64,000 nucleotides of DNA from NCBI GenBank assembly GCA_024641965.1, contig JAHECC010000001.1:29042-93041 (forward strand), written 5' to 3'. This DNA comes from Rubrivivax sp. (GTDB taxonomy: Bacteria > Pseudomonadota > Gammaproteobacteria > Burkholderiales > Burkholderiaceae_C). Position numbers and translations under genes: made by a program. The notes under the pieces were generated by a model. The model did not search any database. It had not been told where the DNA came from and worked only from the letters and a program-made list of their open reading frames with translations. Every line of letters starts with the position of its first letter. Positions within the stretch are counted from its first letter, which is position 1. Of this stretch, positions 1 to 12,504 are shown piece after piece.

Positions 1-35
1 CGGGCGACGACGAAGGCACGTTGGTGCACGTCTGA
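1..35 (+). CDS. pyrH: UMP kinase, C-terminal fragment (5' truncated by window)
   Basis: Frame from nt 3 reads [10 protein letters not shown]-stop, like the PyrH C-terminus; sits directly upstream of frr as in the conserved pyrH-frr order. Confidence 0.8.
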   Translation, partial: GDDEGTLVHV

Positions 36-51
36 ACTGAAGGTTGAAATC

Positions 52-612
52 ATGAGCATCGAAGAGATCAAGGAAACCGCAGATCACAAGATGGCCCGGT
101 CGATCGAGGCCTTCAAGGGCGAACTGCAGAAGATCCGCACGGGTCGCGCCCACCCTGGGCTGCTCGATCAGGTGCATGTCGAGTACTACGGCTCGGACGT
201 GCCGATCTCCCAGGTGGCCAACGTCACCCTGATCGACGCGCGCACGATCGGCGTGCAGCCCTGGGAGAAGGGCATGGGCGCGAAGATCGAGAAGGCCATC
301 CGCGAATCCGGCCTTGGGTTGAACCCGGCCTCGCAGGGCGACTTGGTGCGTGTGCCGATGCCGGCGCTGACCGAGGAGCGCCGCAAGGAACTGACCAAGG
401 TCGTGCGTCATACGGGCGAAGAAGCCAAGGTTGCGGTGCGTAACCTGCGCCGCGACGCAAACGAGCACCTGAAGAAGCTGCTGAAGGACAAGCTGGTTAC
501 CGAGGACGATGAACATCGCGCGCAGGACGACGTGCAAAAGCTCACCGACCGCACCGTCGCCGAGGTCGATCGCCTGGTGCACGCCAAGGAAGCCGAGATC
601 CTGGCGGTCTGA
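52..612 (+). CDS. frr: Ribosome recycling factor
   Basis: 186 aa; [26 protein letters not shown] motifs. Confidence 0.98.
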   Translation: MSIEEIKETADHKMARSIEAFKGELQKIRTGRAHPGLLDQVHVEYYGSDVPISQVANVTLIDARTIGVQPWEKGMGAKIEKAIRESGLGLNPASQGDLVRVPMPALTEERRKELTKVVRHTGEEAKVAVRNLRRDANEHLKKLLKDKLVTEDDEHRAQDDVQKLTDRTVAEVDRLVHAKEAEILAV

Positions 613-629
613 CACCTGACGCAGCTCCA

Positions 630-1372
<743 letters not shown>

Positions 1373-1373
<1 letters not shown>

Positions 1374-2215
1374 TGTCGATGCTCGCGCAGCGCGTGATCA
1401 CTGCGGTCGTGCTGGTGGCCTTGCTGGTGCCGGCGCTGCTGGCGGATCATTCCTGGCCCTTCAACCTGCTCACCCTGGTGCTCATCGGCGCGGCCGGTTG
1501 GGAATGGGGGCGCCTGAATCAGGCCGGCATGGTGTTGTCCCTGGCACAGGGACTGTTGCTGGCACTTGCCTGTGCCGCAGCCTTCATGGCCGGCTGGTCG
1601 CAGGAACCGCCCGTCGTGGCGTGGATACTGGCCGCAGCGGTGTGGGTCATCGGTGGTGCGTTGGCGTTGCGCAGCGGGCCGGCACTGTGGCCCCACATGC
1701 CGCGCATTGCGCGCTGGCTGCTGGGCCTGGCCGCGCTGTGGGCGGCCTGGCTGGCCATCAGCCACGCGCGCGGCATCGGTGTCAATTTCATCCTTTCCGT
1801 GTTCTGCCTGGTGTGGGTGGCCGACATCGCTGCCTACTTTGGTGGCCGCCGCTTCGGCAGACGCAAACTGGCGCCGGGCATCAGTCCCGGCAAGAGCTGG
1901 GAAGGTGTGTACAGCGGCATGTTGGGCGTGTTCGCTTTGGCCCTGGCCTGGCGCGCCGTGGAACCGCACCTGCACACCGACAGCGCCAGTCTGTACAGCC
2001 AGTTGCTTGCCGAATTGGGTTTGCTCGGCACCCTGGTGGCGCTGGCCCTGCTGGCCGGCATGAGCGTGGTCGGTGACCTGGTTGAATCGCTGGTCAAACG
2101 GGCCGCCGGTGCCAAGGATTCCAGCCGCTTGTTGCCCGGTCATGGCGGCGTGCTGGATCGTGTCGACGCACTGTTGCCGGTGTTTCCGATCGCCATGGCC
2201 CTGCTGATGTTGTGA
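1373..2215 (+). CDS. cdsA: Phosphatidate cytidylyltransferase
   Basis: Hydrophobic; ISPGKSWEG, ESLVKR..GAKDSS.LLPGHGGVLDRVD. Confidence 0.96.
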
Positions 2216-3417
2216 AGGCAGATCCGGTGGCGCGGCCCCAGCGTCTGGTGATTCTTGGTTCGACCGGCTCGATCGGCACCAGCACGCTCGATGTCGTGGC
2301 GCGTCATCCCGAGCGTTTCGAGGTGCTGGGTCTGAGCGCGCAGCAGCGCATCGGCGAACTGACAGCCCAGTGCCTGTGCTGGAAGCCGCGTTGGGCGGTG
2401 GTGCCCGACGAGGCACGTGCGCGGCCCTTGCGTGACGCCTTGCGCGCTGCTGGTGTCGGCACCGAAGTGCGCTGCGGCGCCGAAGCGCTTTGCGACATGG
2501 CGGCGGATTCGGAAGTGGACAGCGTCATGGCGGCCATCGTCGGTGCCGCCGGACTGCGCCCGTGCATGGCGGCGGCGCGCTCCGGCAAGCGGCTCTTGCT
2601 CGCCAACAAGGAAGCGCTGGTGGTCGGCGGTGCGCTGTTCATGCGCGCGGTGCGCGATGGCGGGGCGACGCTGCTGCCGATCGACAGCGAGCATTCGGCC
2701 ATCTTCCAGTGCCTGCCGCCGCAGCGGCAGGACTGGGCCCAGACCATTGAACACATCGTGCTCACCGCCTCGGGCGGGCCGTTCCGCCAGCGCGACCCGG
2801 CCAGCCTGGGCAACGTCACGCCGGACGAGGCTGTGGCCCACCCGAACTGGGTGATGGGCCGCAAGATCTCGGTCGATTCGGCGACGATGATGAACAAGGC
2901 ACTCGAGGTCATCGAGGCCCGTTGGCTGTTCGACCTGGCGCCCGAGCAGATCCGCGTGGTGATCCACCCGCAGAGCATCATCCACTCGATGGTGGTGTGC
3001 CGCGACGGCAACGTGCTGGCGCAACTGGGCACGCCGGACATGCGTGGGCCGATCAGCTATGGGCTGTCCTTCCCCCAGCGCATCGAATCGGGTGCGGCGC
3101 GGCTGGACTTCGATGCCCTGGCCGCGTTGAGTTTCGAGCCAGCCGACGCGGCGCGCTTTCCTGGTCTGTTTCTGGCCTGGGACGCGCTGCGCGGGCCCGA
3201 AGGCAGCAGTGCGGTGCTGAATGCCGCGAACGAGGTGGCGGTGGCCGCCTTTCTTGAGCAGCGTTTGCGCTTCGACGCGATCCACGCGCTCAACGCCGAC
3301 ACCATAGCCGCGGTCGTGCCCGATCTGGGCGACGCGCCCACGCTGGACGATCTGCTCGCGCTGGACGAGCGTGCGCGTGCCTACGCCGCCGACTGGGTGC
3401 GGGAGCGTGCGCGATGA
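2212..3417 (+). CDS. dxr: 1-deoxy-D-xylulose 5-phosphate reductoisomerase
   Basis: LGSTGSIG, LLANKE, PIDSEH, HPNWVMGRKISVDSATMMNK. Confidence 0.98.
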   Translation: MKADPVARPQRLVILGSTGSIGTSTLDVVARHPERFEVLGLSAQQRIGELTAQCLCWKPRWAVVPDEARARPLRDALRAAGVGTEVRCGAEALCDMAADSEVDSVMAAIVGAAGLRPCMAAARSGKRLLLANKEALVVGGALFMRAVRDGGATLLPIDSEHSAIFQCLPPQRQDWAQTIEHIVLTASGGPFRQRDPASLGNVTPDEAVAHPNWVMGRKISVDSATMMNKALEVIEARWLFDLAPEQIRVVIHPQSIIHSMVVCRDGNVLAQLGTPDMRGPISYGLSFPQRIESGAARLDFDALAALSFEPADAARFPGLFLAWDALRGPEGSSAVLNAANEVAVAAFLEQRLRFDAIHALNADTIAAVVPDLGDAPTLDDLLALDERARAYAADWVRERAR

Positions 3418-4784
3418 TCTTCACCGTGCTGTCCTTCCTGGTCACGCTGGCCATTCTGGTGGTGGTGCATGAGTACGGGCACTACCGCGTGGCCGTCGCC
3501 TGCGGCGTCAAGGTGTTGCGCTTTTCCGTTGGTTTTGGCCGCGTGCTGTGGCGTCGGCAGCATGGCGCGGATGCCACCGAGTTCGTTGTCTCCGCGCTGC
3601 CGCTGGGCGGCTATGTGCGCATGCTCGACGAGCGTGAAGGCCCGGTCGACGCGGATGAACAGCACCGCGCCTTCAACCGCCAGCCGCTGTCGCGTCGCAC
3701 GGCGATCGTCATCGCGGGCCCCGCGGCCAATTTGCTGCTGGCGGTGCTGCTTTTCGCTGCCGCACAGTGGATCGGCACCGATGAACCCAAGGCGGTACTC
3801 AGTGCGCCGACGGCGGCGAGCCTGGCCGAACGCGCCGGCATGCGCTCGGGCGACTGGGTGCGCGCCACCGCGCGTCAGGGCGACGAATGGACCGAAGTGC
3901 GCTCGTTGAGCGATCTGCGCTGGCAGATCACCAGGGCCGCGCTGGATGGCCAACCGTTGCAGTTGTCGGTGACGGATCTGCGCGGCCGCGCAACGCACAC
4001 GGTGATGCTGGATCTGTCGCGGCTCGACGCAAGCGAGATCGACGCCACACTGATGCGGCAGGTGGGGCTGGGCACGGCCTACAGCGATCCGGTGATGGGT
4101 GAGGTGAAGATCGGTGGCCCGGCGGCGAAGGCCGGCCTGCGCTCAGGCGATCAGGTGCTCAAGGTCGATGGTCAGCCCGTCGCCGACGCGCAGAGTTTGC
4201 GCGAGCGCATCCGCCAGTCGGTGCGCAACGGCGTGGCCTCGACGATGCGCTGGCAGGTCGATCGTGCAGGGCAAGTGCTCGACATTGAGGTCGCGCCGCG
4301 TGTGATGGACGACAACGGTGTCGGCATTGGCCGCATCGACGCCTTCGTCGGCGGGCCAGTCGAAATGGTCACGGTGCAGCGTGGCCTTTGGGAAGGCTTG
4401 CAGCGCGGTGCTGAACGCACCTGGGAACTGAGCGTCCTGACCTTGAAGATGCTGGGCCGCATGATCGTCGGCGAAGCCTCGTTGCGCAACCTGAGCGGCC
4501 CCCTGACGATCGCCGACTATGCGGGTCAATCGGCCCAGCAGGGTTTGAGCTACTACCTCGGATTTCTGGCACTCGTCAGTGTGAGCCTGGGCGTGCTGAA
4601 CTTGCTGCCGCTGCCCATGCTCGACGGCGGACACCTGATGTATTATCTTTTCGAAGGTCTGACCGGGCGTCCCGTTTCGGAGCTTTGGTTGGGGCGGCTG
4701 CAACGCGGCGGCATCGCCATCCTTCTGGCGCTGATGTCGGTGGCCCTCTTCAACGACGTGGCCCGACTGCTGGGCCTGCACTGA
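3414..4784 (+). CDS. rseP: RIP metalloprotease RseP
   Basis: HEYGH zinc motif, PDZ-like middle, LNLLPLPMLDGGH. Confidence 0.97.
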   Translation: MIFTVLSFLVTLAILVVVHEYGHYRVAVACGVKVLRFSVGFGRVLWRRQHGADATEFVVSALPLGGYVRMLDEREGPVDADEQHRAFNRQPLSRRTAIVIAGPAANLLLAVLLFAAAQWIGTDEPKAVLSAPTAASLAERAGMRSGDWVRATARQGDEWTEVRSLSDLRWQITRAALDGQPLQLSVTDLRGRATHTVMLDLSRLDASEIDATLMRQVGLGTAYSDPVMGEVKIGGPAAKAGLRSGDQVLKVDGQPVADAQSLRERIRQSVRNGVASTMRWQVDRAGQVLDIEVAPRVMDDNGVGIGRIDAFVGGPVEMVTVQRGLWEGLQRGAERTWELSVLTLKMLGRMIVGEASLRNLSGPLTIADYAGQSAQQGLSYYLGFLALVSVSLGVLNLLPLPMLDGGHLMYYLFEGLTGRPVSELWLGRLQRGGIAILLALMSVALFNDVARLLGLH

Positions 4785-4795
4785 GTTCTTTCCCC

Positions 4796-7111
4796 ATGTC
4801 GCCTGTGTTCGAGTCGCGCCTCGTTGCGCATGTTTTACGCCTGATGGCCGCCTGCCTGGTGCTGGCCGCCCTGATCCATGTGCCCGCTGCGCACGCGGTG
4901 CAGCCATTCGTGGTGAAGGACATCCGCATCGAAGGTCTGCAGCGTACCGACCCGGGTACGGTGTTCGGTGCTTTGCCGTTTCGCATCGGCGACAGCTACA
5001 CCGACGAGAAAGGCGCGACCGCATTGCGTGCGCTCTTCGCTACCGGCTTGTTCACCGATGTGCGGGTCGAGATCGATGGCCAGATCGTGGTCATCATCGT
5101 CGACGAACGCGCGATCATCGCCACCGTGTCCTTCGTCGGCCTGAAGGAGTTCGAGAAGGACGTGCTGCTGAAGTCGCTGCGCGACGCCGGCATCGGCGAG
5201 GGCCTGCCCTACGACAGGGCGCTGATCGACCGCGCCGAGCAGGAGATCAAGCGCCAGTACCTCTCGCGCAGCCTGTACGGCGCCGAAGTGGTGACCACCG
5301 TCACACCGATTGAACGCAACCGCGTCAACATCACCTTCACGATGACCGAAGGCGACGTGGCGCGCATTCGCGAGATCCGCATTGTCGGCGCCAAGACCTT
5401 CTCCGAATCGCAGCTGTTGGGGCAGTTCGAGGCCAGCACCAGCGGCTGGCTCAGTTGGTATACGAAGGGCGATCGCTACTCGCGCGCCAAGCTGAACGCC
5501 GACCTGGAGAAGTTGCGCGCCTGGTACCTGAACCGGGGCTTCCTCGAGTTCAACATCGAGTCGACACAAGTCACCATCTCGACCGACAAGCAGGACATCA
5601 CGATCACCATCAGCATCCGCGAGGGGCAGGTGTTCACGGTGACCGCGGTCCGTCTGGAGGGGGATTTCCTGGGCCGCGAGGCCGAATTCCGGTCCTTGGT
5701 CAGCGTGGTGCCGGGCCAGCCCTACCGTGGGGACGAGGTGGTCAACACGGTGCGGCGCTTCAGCGAACTGTTCGCGACCTTCGGGTTCGCCTTTGCCCGT
5801 GTCGAACCGCGGCCGGAGGTCAATCGCGAGAGCGCACGGGTCAGCGTGGTGTTTTCGGTCGAACCATCGCGTCGTGTCTATGTGCGCCGTATCGAGGTCG
5901 CCGGCAATACGCGCACGCGTGACGAAGTCATACGCCGCGAGTTCCGCCAGTTCGAGGCCTCGTGGTACGACGGTGCGAAGATCAAGTTGTCGAAGGAACG
6001 GCTGGAGCGCCTGAACTTCTTCAAGGAAGTCACGATCGACACGCAGGAAGTGGCCCAGGCGCCGGACCAGGTCGACCTGGTGATCACCGTGGTCGAAAAA
6101 CCTACCGGCAACCTGTCGATCGGCGCGGGCTACTCCAGTGCCGAATCGGTGACCTTGAGCGCGTCGATCCGACAGGAGAACGTCTTTGGGTCGGGCCACT
6201 ACCTTGGCTTCGACATCAACACCGGCAAGTACAACCGCACCTTGGCGATCAACACAGTCGATCCCTACTGGACGGTCAACGGCATATCGCGCGCATTCGA
6301 TGTCTACTACCGCGCGTCGAGCCCATTGAACACCTATGGCAACTCCTATCAGCTGGCCACCTGGGGCGCTTCGACACGCATCGGGGTGCCTTTCACCGAG
6401 TTCGACACGGTGTTCTTCGGGCTCGGATTCGAGTCGACGCAGATCGGTGACAACGCATTCCTGCCCAACAGCTACTTCCTGTATCGCGAAGAATTCGGGC
6501 CGGACAGCTATTCCTTCCCGCTGACCGTCGGCTGGTCGCGCGATGGCCGCAACAGCGCGGTCGTACCCACGGCAGGCCGCTACTACCGCGCGAACATGGA
6601 CTTGAGTTTGCTGGGCGACGTGCAGTTCCTGCGGCTGAATTTCCAGGTCCAGCAGTACTTGCCGCTGCCGCTGGACCTGACGCTTGGCCTGAATGGCGAG
6701 ATCGGCTGGGGCTATGGCCTGGGTTCGCGGCCCTATCCGGTGTTCAAGAACTTCTACAGCGGTGGCCTCGGGTCGGTGCGTGTGTTCCAGCAGGGCTCGC
6801 TGGGCGTCATAGACCCGACCGGCGCCTTCGTTGGCGGCACGCGCAAGATGAACGGCAACGCCGAGCTCTACATCCCCGTGCCCGGCATGGGCGCCGACAA
6901 GACGCTGCGCTTCTTCGCCTTCTTCGACATCGGCAATGCCTGGGGCGAAGACCAGCAGGTCAACTGGGACAGTTTGCGTTCCTCCACCGGCCTGGGTATC
7001 AGCTGGATCTCTCCATTGGGCCCGCTGAAGCTCAGCTACGGCATCCCGTTGATGTCCGAAGGAACCGATAGAATTCAGCCATTCCAATTCCAGGTCGGGA
7101 CCAGATTCTGA
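4796..7111 (+). CDS. bamA: Outer membrane protein assembly factor BamA
   Basis: POTRA repeats (IRIEGLQRT, GNTRTRDEVIRRE), VRVF motif, C-terminal FQFQVGTRF; start moved to ATG 4796, after the rseP stop (ATG 4844 also possible). Confidence 0.97.
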   Translation: MSPVFESRLVAHVLRLMAACLVLAALIHVPAAHAVQPFVVKDIRIEGLQRTDPGTVFGALPFRIGDSYTDEKGATALRALFATGLFTDVRVEIDGQIVVIIVDERAIIATVSFVGLKEFEKDVLLKSLRDAGIGEGLPYDRALIDRAEQEIKRQYLSRSLYGAEVVTTVTPIERNRVNITFTMTEGDVARIREIRIVGAKTFSESQLLGQFEASTSGWLSWYTKGDRYSRAKLNADLEKLRAWYLNRGFLEFNIESTQVTISTDKQDITITISIREGQVFTVTAVRLEGDFLGREAEFRSLVSVVPGQPYRGDEVVNTVRRFSELFATFGFAFARVEPRPEVNRESARVSVVFSVEPSRRVYVRRIEVAGNTRTRDEVIRREFRQFEASWYDGAKIKLSKERLERLNFFKEVTIDTQEVAQAPDQVDLVITVVEKPTGNLSIGAGYSSAESVTLSASIRQENVFGSGHYLGFDINTGKYNRTLAINTVDPYWTVNGISRAFDVYYRASSPLNTYGNSYQLATWGASTRIGVPFTEFDTVFFGLGFESTQIGDNAFLPNSYFLYREEFGPDSYSFPLTVGWSRDGRNSAVVPTAGRYYRANMDLSLLGDVQFLRLNFQVQQYLPLPLDLTLGLNGEIGWGYGLGSRPYPVFKNFYSGGLGSVRVFQQGSLGVIDPTGAFVGGTRKMNGNAELYIPVPGMGADKTLRFFAFFDIGNAWGEDQQVNWDSLRSSTGLGISWISPLGPLKLSYGIPLMSEGTDRIQPFQFQVGTRF

Positions 7112-7653
7112 TGAAGACGTTCTCGCGGTGCGCCGGGGTGCTTGCGGTCGCGGCATCGGCTGCGTTGATGTCGATTTGCTCCGTGGCGCTGGCTCAGGAG
7201 CTGAAGATCGGCTATGTCAACAGCGAGCGTGTGTTGCGCGAGGCCGCACCGGCCAAGGCGGCGCAGGCGCGTCTGGAGGGCGAGTTCGGCAAGCGCGAGA
7301 AGGATCTGTCCGAGCAGGGCCAGCGGCTGAAGGCGGCGGCCGAGAAACTCGAGAAAGAAGCACCGACGCTCAGCGAGAGCGAGCGTGCCAGGCGCCAGCG
7401 CGAATTGGTCGAGCAGGACCGCGACATTCAGCGACGCCGGCGCGAATTCCAGGAAGATCTGACGCAGCGCAAGAACGAGGAACTGCAGGCCGTGGTCGAA
7501 CGCGCCAACCGCGTCATCAAGCAGATCTTCGAGCAGGAAAAGTACGATGTCATCCTGCAGGAGGCGATCTTTGCCGGGCCGCGCGTGGACATCACCGAGA
7601 AGGTGATCAAGGGGCTGAACACGACGCCAACGGCGGCGCCGGCACCGCGCTGA
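7111..7653 (+). CDS. skp: Periplasmic chaperone Skp/OmpH
   Basis: Signal peptide, KIGYVN, coiled coil, DITEKVIK; follows bamA. Confidence 0.95.
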   Translation: MKTFSRCAGVLAVAASAALMSICSVALAQELKIGYVNSERVLREAAPAKAAQARLEGEFGKREKDLSEQGQRLKAAAEKLEKEAPTLSESERARRQRELVEQDRDIQRRRREFQEDLTQRKNEELQAVVERANRVIKQIFEQEKYDVILQEAIFAGPRVDITEKVIKGLNTTPTAAPAPR

Positions 7654-7675
7654 GTGCGCACGCGGCCGGGCGTGC

Positions 7676-8704
7676 ATGTTTGAAGTCCGCACTGGCGAAC
7701 TGGCCGCCCAGTTGGGTGGCGAACTGATCGGCGACGCCGATCGAATCCTGCGCCGCATCGCGCCGCTCGCTGATGCCGGTGCCGATTGCATCAGCTTTCT
7801 GGCCAGTGCGCGCCATCGTGAGCAGTTGCAGCAAACGGCCGCTGCTTGTGTGATCGCCGCACCCATGTTTCGCGAACTCGCGCAGGCCCGTCCCGCGGCG
7901 ATCCTGTGTGACGACCCGTATCTGTACTACGCGCGACTCACCCAGTGGTGGGCGCAGCAGTCCCGCGCCGCGTTCGAGCCGGGTATCCACCGCAGTGCGG
8001 TGATCGAGCCGGGCGCCAAGATCCATGCGCGGGCCGCTGTCGGTGCGCTGGCCTATGTCGGCTCCTCTGCGATCGTTGGCGCCGGTGCGTCGATCGGACC
8101 GTCATGCCACGTCGGTGCCGACGCGGTCGTGGGCGAGCACACCCGGCTGGCGGCCAAGGTGACTCTGGGCTCCGCCTGTCGCGTCGGCGCGCGTGGCATC
8201 GTGCACAGCGGCGCCGTGATCGGTGCCGACGGTTTTGGTTTCGCGCCCACGCAAGGGCGCTGGGAGAAGATCGAGCAACTCGGCGCCGTGCAGATCGGCG
8301 ACGATGTCGAGATCGGCGCCAACACCTGCATCGATCGCGGCGCGTTGCAAGACACGATCATCGAGCAAGGTGTCAAGCTCGACAACCTGATACAGATCGC
8401 GCACAACGTGCATGTCGGCAAGCACACGGCCATGGCAGCCTGTGTGGGCGTTGCCGGCAGCACGCACATCGGTGCGCATTGCACCTTCGCGGGCCAGGTC
8501 GGCATTGCCGGGCACCTGCGGATCGTCGACCACGTGCATGTCGCGGCGGCTGCGGTGATCACGCGCTCCATCCTCAAACCCGGCAGCTACGGTGGTGTGT
8601 TTCCCTTCGACGACAATGTCACCTGGGAAAAGAACGCCGCCACGCTGCGCCAGTTGCATGCGTTGCGAGCGCGCCTTCGCGCCCTGGAGAGAGACAGCTC
8701 ATGA
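7676..8704 (+). CDS. lpxD: UDP-3-O-(3-hydroxyacyl)glucosamine N-acyltransferase
   Basis: Hexapeptide repeats; [31 protein letters not shown]. Confidence 0.97.
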   Translation: MFEVRTGELAAQLGGELIGDADRILRRIAPLADAGADCISFLASARHREQLQQTAAACVIAAPMFRELAQARPAAILCDDPYLYYARLTQWWAQQSRAAFEPGIHRSAVIEPGAKIHARAAVGALAYVGSSAIVGAGASIGPSCHVGADAVVGEHTRLAAKVTLGSACRVGARGIVHSGAVIGADGFGFAPTQGRWEKIEQLGAVQIGDDVEIGANTCIDRGALQDTIIEQGVKLDNLIQIAHNVHVGKHTAMAACVGVAGSTHIGAHCTFAGQVGIAGHLRIVDHVHVAAAAVITRSILKPGSYGGVFPFDDNVTWEKNAATLRQLHALRARLRALERDSS

Positions 8705-9144
8705 CGATGGACATCCACCAGATCCTGAAACGACTGCCGCATCGCTACCCCTTGCTGCTGGTCGACCGCGTGCTTGAGTACGAGGTGGGCAAGAGCCTGG
8801 TGGCGTTGAAGAACGTGACCATCAACGAGCCCTTCTTCGTGGGCCACTTCCCGTCTCGACCGGTGATGCCCGGCGTGCTCATCCTCGAGGCGCTCGCGCA
8901 GGCTGCTGCGCTGTTGTCGCTCGAAAGTGCCGGGGTCGAGATCGACGAGAAGACCCTGGTGTATTTCGCCGCCATCGACCACGCACGTTTCAAGCGTCCG
9001 GTCGAACCGGGCGATCAGTTGCGGCTCGAGATCACGCTGCTGCGGCTGCGCCAGGGAGTGCAGCGTTTCGCGGCACGCGCCATGGTCGGCACCGAACTCG
9101 CCGCCGAGGCCGAGATGATGTGCGCGATCCGGCGCGTTCCCTGA
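8701..9144 (+). CDS. fabZ: 3-hydroxyacyl-ACP dehydratase
   Basis: [34 protein letters not shown]; ATG 8701 overlaps lpxD stop. Confidence 0.97.
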   Translation: MTMDIHQILKRLPHRYPLLLVDRVLEYEVGKSLVALKNVTINEPFFVGHFPSRPVMPGVLILEALAQAAALLSLESAGVEIDEKTLVYFAAIDHARFKRPVEPGDQLRLEITLLRLRQGVQRFAARAMVGTELAAEAEMMCAIRRVP

Positions 9145-9152
9145 TCGCAGTC

Positions 9153-9941
9153 GTGGCCCGCGTCCACCCCACCGCGATCGTCGACCCGGCGGCCGAACTG
9201 GCGGCAACGGTCGAGGTCGGTCCGTACTCGATCGTCGCAGCGCAGGTGCGCATCGGCGAGGGCACGCGCATCGGCGCGCACTGCATCATCGAAGGGCCCA
9301 CCGTCATCGGCCGCGACAACCGCATCGCCCCGTATTGCGCACTGGGTGGCGCACCCCAGGACAAGAAATACGCCGGCGAGCCGACCGAACTGCATATCGG
9401 CGATCGCAATACCATCCGTGAGTACTGCAACATCAACCGCGGTACCGCACAGGACGCCGGCGTCACGCGGTTGGGCGACGACAACTGGATCATGGCCAAT
9501 GTGCATATCGGGCACGATTGCCAGCTTGGCAAGCAGATCGTGATGGCCAACTATTCCGGACTCGCAGGCCACGTGCACCTGGGCGATTGGGTCATCGTCG
9601 GTGGCCTGTCCGGGGTGCACCAGTTCTGCAAGGTCGGCGCGCACACGATGATCGGTTCCTCCAGCGCCGTGTCGCAGGATGTGCCACCCTTCATGCTGGT
9701 CGACGGCAACCCGCTGACGGTGCGCGGCTTCAACATCGAAGGCTTGCGTCGGCGCGGTTTCGACGCGGCGCGCATTGCCGCAGTAAAGCAGATGCATCGT
9801 TTGCTCTACCGTCAGCAGTTGACACTCGAACAAGCGCGCGAGGCCATAACGACCCTGGCCACCGAAGTGCCGGCGGCGGCAGCGGACGTTGCGATGATGA
9901 CGGATTTCCTGGCTGCGGCGAGCCGCGGCATCGCCCGCTGA
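9153..9941 (+). CDS. lpxA: UDP-N-acetylglucosamine acyltransferase
   Basis: VHPTAIV, PQDKKY, IRE...INRGT, HIGHDC; GTG 9153 chosen as start. Confidence 0.96.
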   Translation: MARVHPTAIVDPAAELAATVEVGPYSIVAAQVRIGEGTRIGAHCIIEGPTVIGRDNRIAPYCALGGAPQDKKYAGEPTELHIGDRNTIREYCNINRGTAQDAGVTRLGDDNWIMANVHIGHDCQLGKQIVMANYSGLAGHVHLGDWVIVGGLSGVHQFCKVGAHTMIGSSSAVSQDVPPFMLVDGNPLTVRGFNIEGLRRRGFDAARIAAVKQMHRLLYRQQLTLEQAREAITTLATEVPAAAADVAMMTDFLAAASRGIAR

Positions 9942-9947
9942 CGTGCG

Positions 9948-11102
9948 ATGCTCGCGCTTGAGCAGGTGGCGCCACGATTCGGCATGGTGGCTGGAGAGGC
10001 CTCGGGTGACCTGCTCGCGTCATTGCTGCTGGCAGGGTTGACATCGCACTGGCCGACGATGAAGGCAGGCGGTATCGGTGGGCCGCACATGGCCGCCCAA
10101 GGCTTCGACGCCTGGTGGCCGAGCCAGCGTCTGGCCGTGAATGGTTTCGTCGACGCGCTGGGGCAGTTCCTCTCGCTTTGGAGCTTGCGCCGCGAACTCG
10201 GCGATCGGCTGCTGCGCGACCGCCCGACGGCCTTCATCGGCATCGATGCGCCGGACTTCAACCTTGGCCTGGAACGGCGGTTGAAAAGTGCCGGGCTCAA
10301 GGCGGTTCATTTCGTCTGCCCGTCGATCTGGGCCTGGCGCGGCGGACGCATCAAGCACATCGCGGATTGTGTCGACCACGTCCTGTGCCTGTTCCCCTTC
10401 GAGCCGGCATTGCTGCACAAGGCGGGCATCGCGGCGACCTATGTCGGCCATCCGTTGGCCGACCAGATTCCGCTGGACCCGCCACGCGCCTCGGCCCGCG
10501 CTGCGCTCGGGCTGGCCGACACCGACACCGTGATTGCCTTGCTGCCGGGCAGTCGCATGGGAGAACTGCGCGACGTGGCTCCGGTGTTCCTGCAGGCGGC
10601 GGTGCTGCTTCAGCAGCGACGGCCCGATCTGCGCTTCGTACTGCCGGCCTCCGCCGGCCTGCAAACGGTGCTGCAGGCGCTGCTGCGCGTGCATGCGCCG
10701 GGCGTTGCGGTGCAACTGCTCGACGGGCGCGCGCACGAGGCGCTCGCGGCCTGCGACACGACCTTGATCGCCAGCGGCACGGCCACGCTGGAGGCCGCAT
10801 TGTTCAAGCGGCCGATGGTCATCGGCTACCGCTCGCATTGGCTGAATGCCATGCTCTTCAAGCGCCTGAGCTATCTGCCCTACGTCGGGTTGCCGAATAT
10901 CCTGTGCGGCGAATTCGTCGTGCCCGAACTGCTGCAGGCCGACTGCCAAGCATCGGCGTTGGCCGACGCGGTACTGGCCCAATTGGAGGACAGCGTACGC
11001 GCCGAGCGGCTGGCCTCGCGCTTCACCGAAATGCACCTGCAACTGCGACGCGACACTGCGCGCCGCGCCACCGATGCGATCGCGCAGATTCTTGAAGATT
11101 GA
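9948..11102 (+). CDS. lpxB: Lipid A disaccharide synthase
   Basis: [44 protein letters not shown]. Confidence 0.97.
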   Translation: MLALEQVAPRFGMVAGEASGDLLASLLLAGLTSHWPTMKAGGIGGPHMAAQGFDAWWPSQRLAVNGFVDALGQFLSLWSLRRELGDRLLRDRPTAFIGIDAPDFNLGLERRLKSAGLKAVHFVCPSIWAWRGGRIKHIADCVDHVLCLFPFEPALLHKAGIAATYVGHPLADQIPLDPPRASARAALGLADTDTVIALLPGSRMGELRDVAPVFLQAAVLLQQRRPDLRFVLPASAGLQTVLQALLRVHAPGVAVQLLDGRAHEALAACDTTLIASGTATLEAALFKRPMVIGYRSHWLNAMLFKRLSYLPYVGLPNILCGEFVVPELLQADCQASALADAVLAQLEDSVRAERLASRFTEMHLQLRRDTARRATDAIAQILED

Positions 11103-11697
11103 GCAGCTGGGCCTGCCGTGGCGCGGCCAGGGGCTGATGGCGGGCGTGGACGAGGCCGGTCGCGGCCCGCTGGCGGGCCCGGTGGTGGCCGCGGCGGTGA
11201 TGCTCGACGAACTGAGACCGGTGCGCGGGCTGGCGGATTCGAAAACACTCACGCCTCGGCGGCGTGAGCATCTGTACGACGAGATCCGTGCGAAGGCGCT
11301 GTGTTGCCACGTGGCCGAGGCCAGTGTGGCGGAGATCGATCAACTCAACATCCTGCAGGCTACGCTGCTGGCGATGCGCCGTGCCGTCGAGGGTCTGCGC
11401 CTGCGACCGCATGTGGTGTTGGTGGACGGCAACCGCACGCCCGTGCTGCAGGTGCCGGTGCTTGCCGTGGTCAAGGGCGATGCCAAGGTGCAGGCGATTG
11501 CGGCGGCGTCGATCCTGGCCAAGGTACACCGAGACCGCCTGTGTCTTGATCTGCACGATCGCTTTCCACAATACGGGTTCGCTGCGCACAAAGGCTACCC
11601 CACCACCGAACACCTGCAGGCATTGAGGCAACATGGTGCCTGCCCCGAGCACCGCAGCAGCTTTGGCCCGGTGCGCGCCGTGCGCAAGACGGCATGA
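11074..11697 (+). CDS. rnhB: Ribonuclease HII
   Basis: [35 protein letters not shown]. Confidence 0.97.
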   Translation: MRSRRFLKIEQLGLPWRGQGLMAGVDEAGRGPLAGPVVAAAVMLDELRPVRGLADSKTLTPRRREHLYDEIRAKALCCHVAEASVAEIDQLNILQATLLAMRRAVEGLRLRPHVVLVDGNRTPVLQVPVLAVVKGDAKVQAIAAASILAKVHRDRLCLDLHDRFPQYGFAAHKGYPTTEHLQALRQHGACPEHRSSFGPVRAVRKTA

Positions 11698-11704
11698 GGG
11701 CGCC

Positions 11705-12475
11705 ATGCCGCTGTCCATCTCGTCACGCGACAACCCCAGCCTGGTGCTGGTGCGCCGCATGCTGCGCGACCCAGCAGCCTATCGGCGCAACGGCGCATTG
11801 CTGTGGCTGGAAGGCGACCATCTGCTGCACGCATGTCTGGCGCGAGGCAGGCCCTTGCAGCAGGTGCTGCTGACGGCGCAGGCCTGGGACAACGAATCGC
11901 TGCGCAGCCTGGCACAACAGGCGCAGCGTGTGCTGCTGGTGCCGGAGCACCTGTTCAGGGAGCTGAGCACGCTGGAATCGCCTGCGTCCATCGGTGCATT
12001 GATCGAGCGGCCGGCGGACCAGGCCCTGTGCCTGGACGCGCCAACCGTGATTCTCGACCGGCTGCAGGATGCCGGCAATGTAGGCAGCATCCTGCGCAGT
12101 GCCTCGGCACTGGGCGTGCGGCAGGTGCTGGCCCTGCAAGGCACTGCGGCGCTGTGGTCGCCCAAGGTCCTACGCGCTGGCATGGGCGCGCATTTCGCGC
12201 TGCAACTGCGCGAGATGCTGCGGCTGGAGGATCTGTCGGTGCTGCAGCTGCCCTGGATAGCGACCAGTTCACATGCCACTGCTGCCTTGCATCAGGCCGC
12301 GTTGCCGCATCCCTGCGCCTGGGTGTTCGGCCACGAAGGCCAGGGCGTGGCCGCCGACCTGGCGACGCGCTGCGCACTGACGGTGCGCATCGCACAGCCC
12401 GGTGGCGAAGAATCGCTCAACGTCGCCGCCGCGGCCGCGATCTGCCTGCACGAGAGCCTGCACCGGCGCGGCTGA
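11705..12475 (+). CDS. TrmH/SpoU-family RNA methyltransferase
   Basis: LDRLQDAGNVGSILRS, FGHEGQGV, ESLNVAAAAAI; start moved to ATG 11705. Confidence 0.9.
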   Translation: MPLSISSRDNPSLVLVRRMLRDPAAYRRNGALLWLEGDHLLHACLARGRPLQQVLLTAQAWDNESLRSLAQQAQRVLLVPEHLFRELSTLESPASIGALIERPADQALCLDAPTVILDRLQDAGNVGSILRSASALGVRQVLALQGTAALWSPKVLRAGMGAHFALQLREMLRLEDLSVLQLPWIATSSHATAALHQAALPHPCAWVFGHEGQGVAADLATRCALTVRIAQPGGEESLNVAAAAAICLHESLHRRG

Positions 12476-12504
12476 TCGCGCCGGTCGCGCCTGACGCGGG
12501 TGTG

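Noticed and set aside
11074-11102. 29-bp lpxB/rnhB overlap
   Set aside because: Ordinary feature of this conserved operon; both frames are intact.
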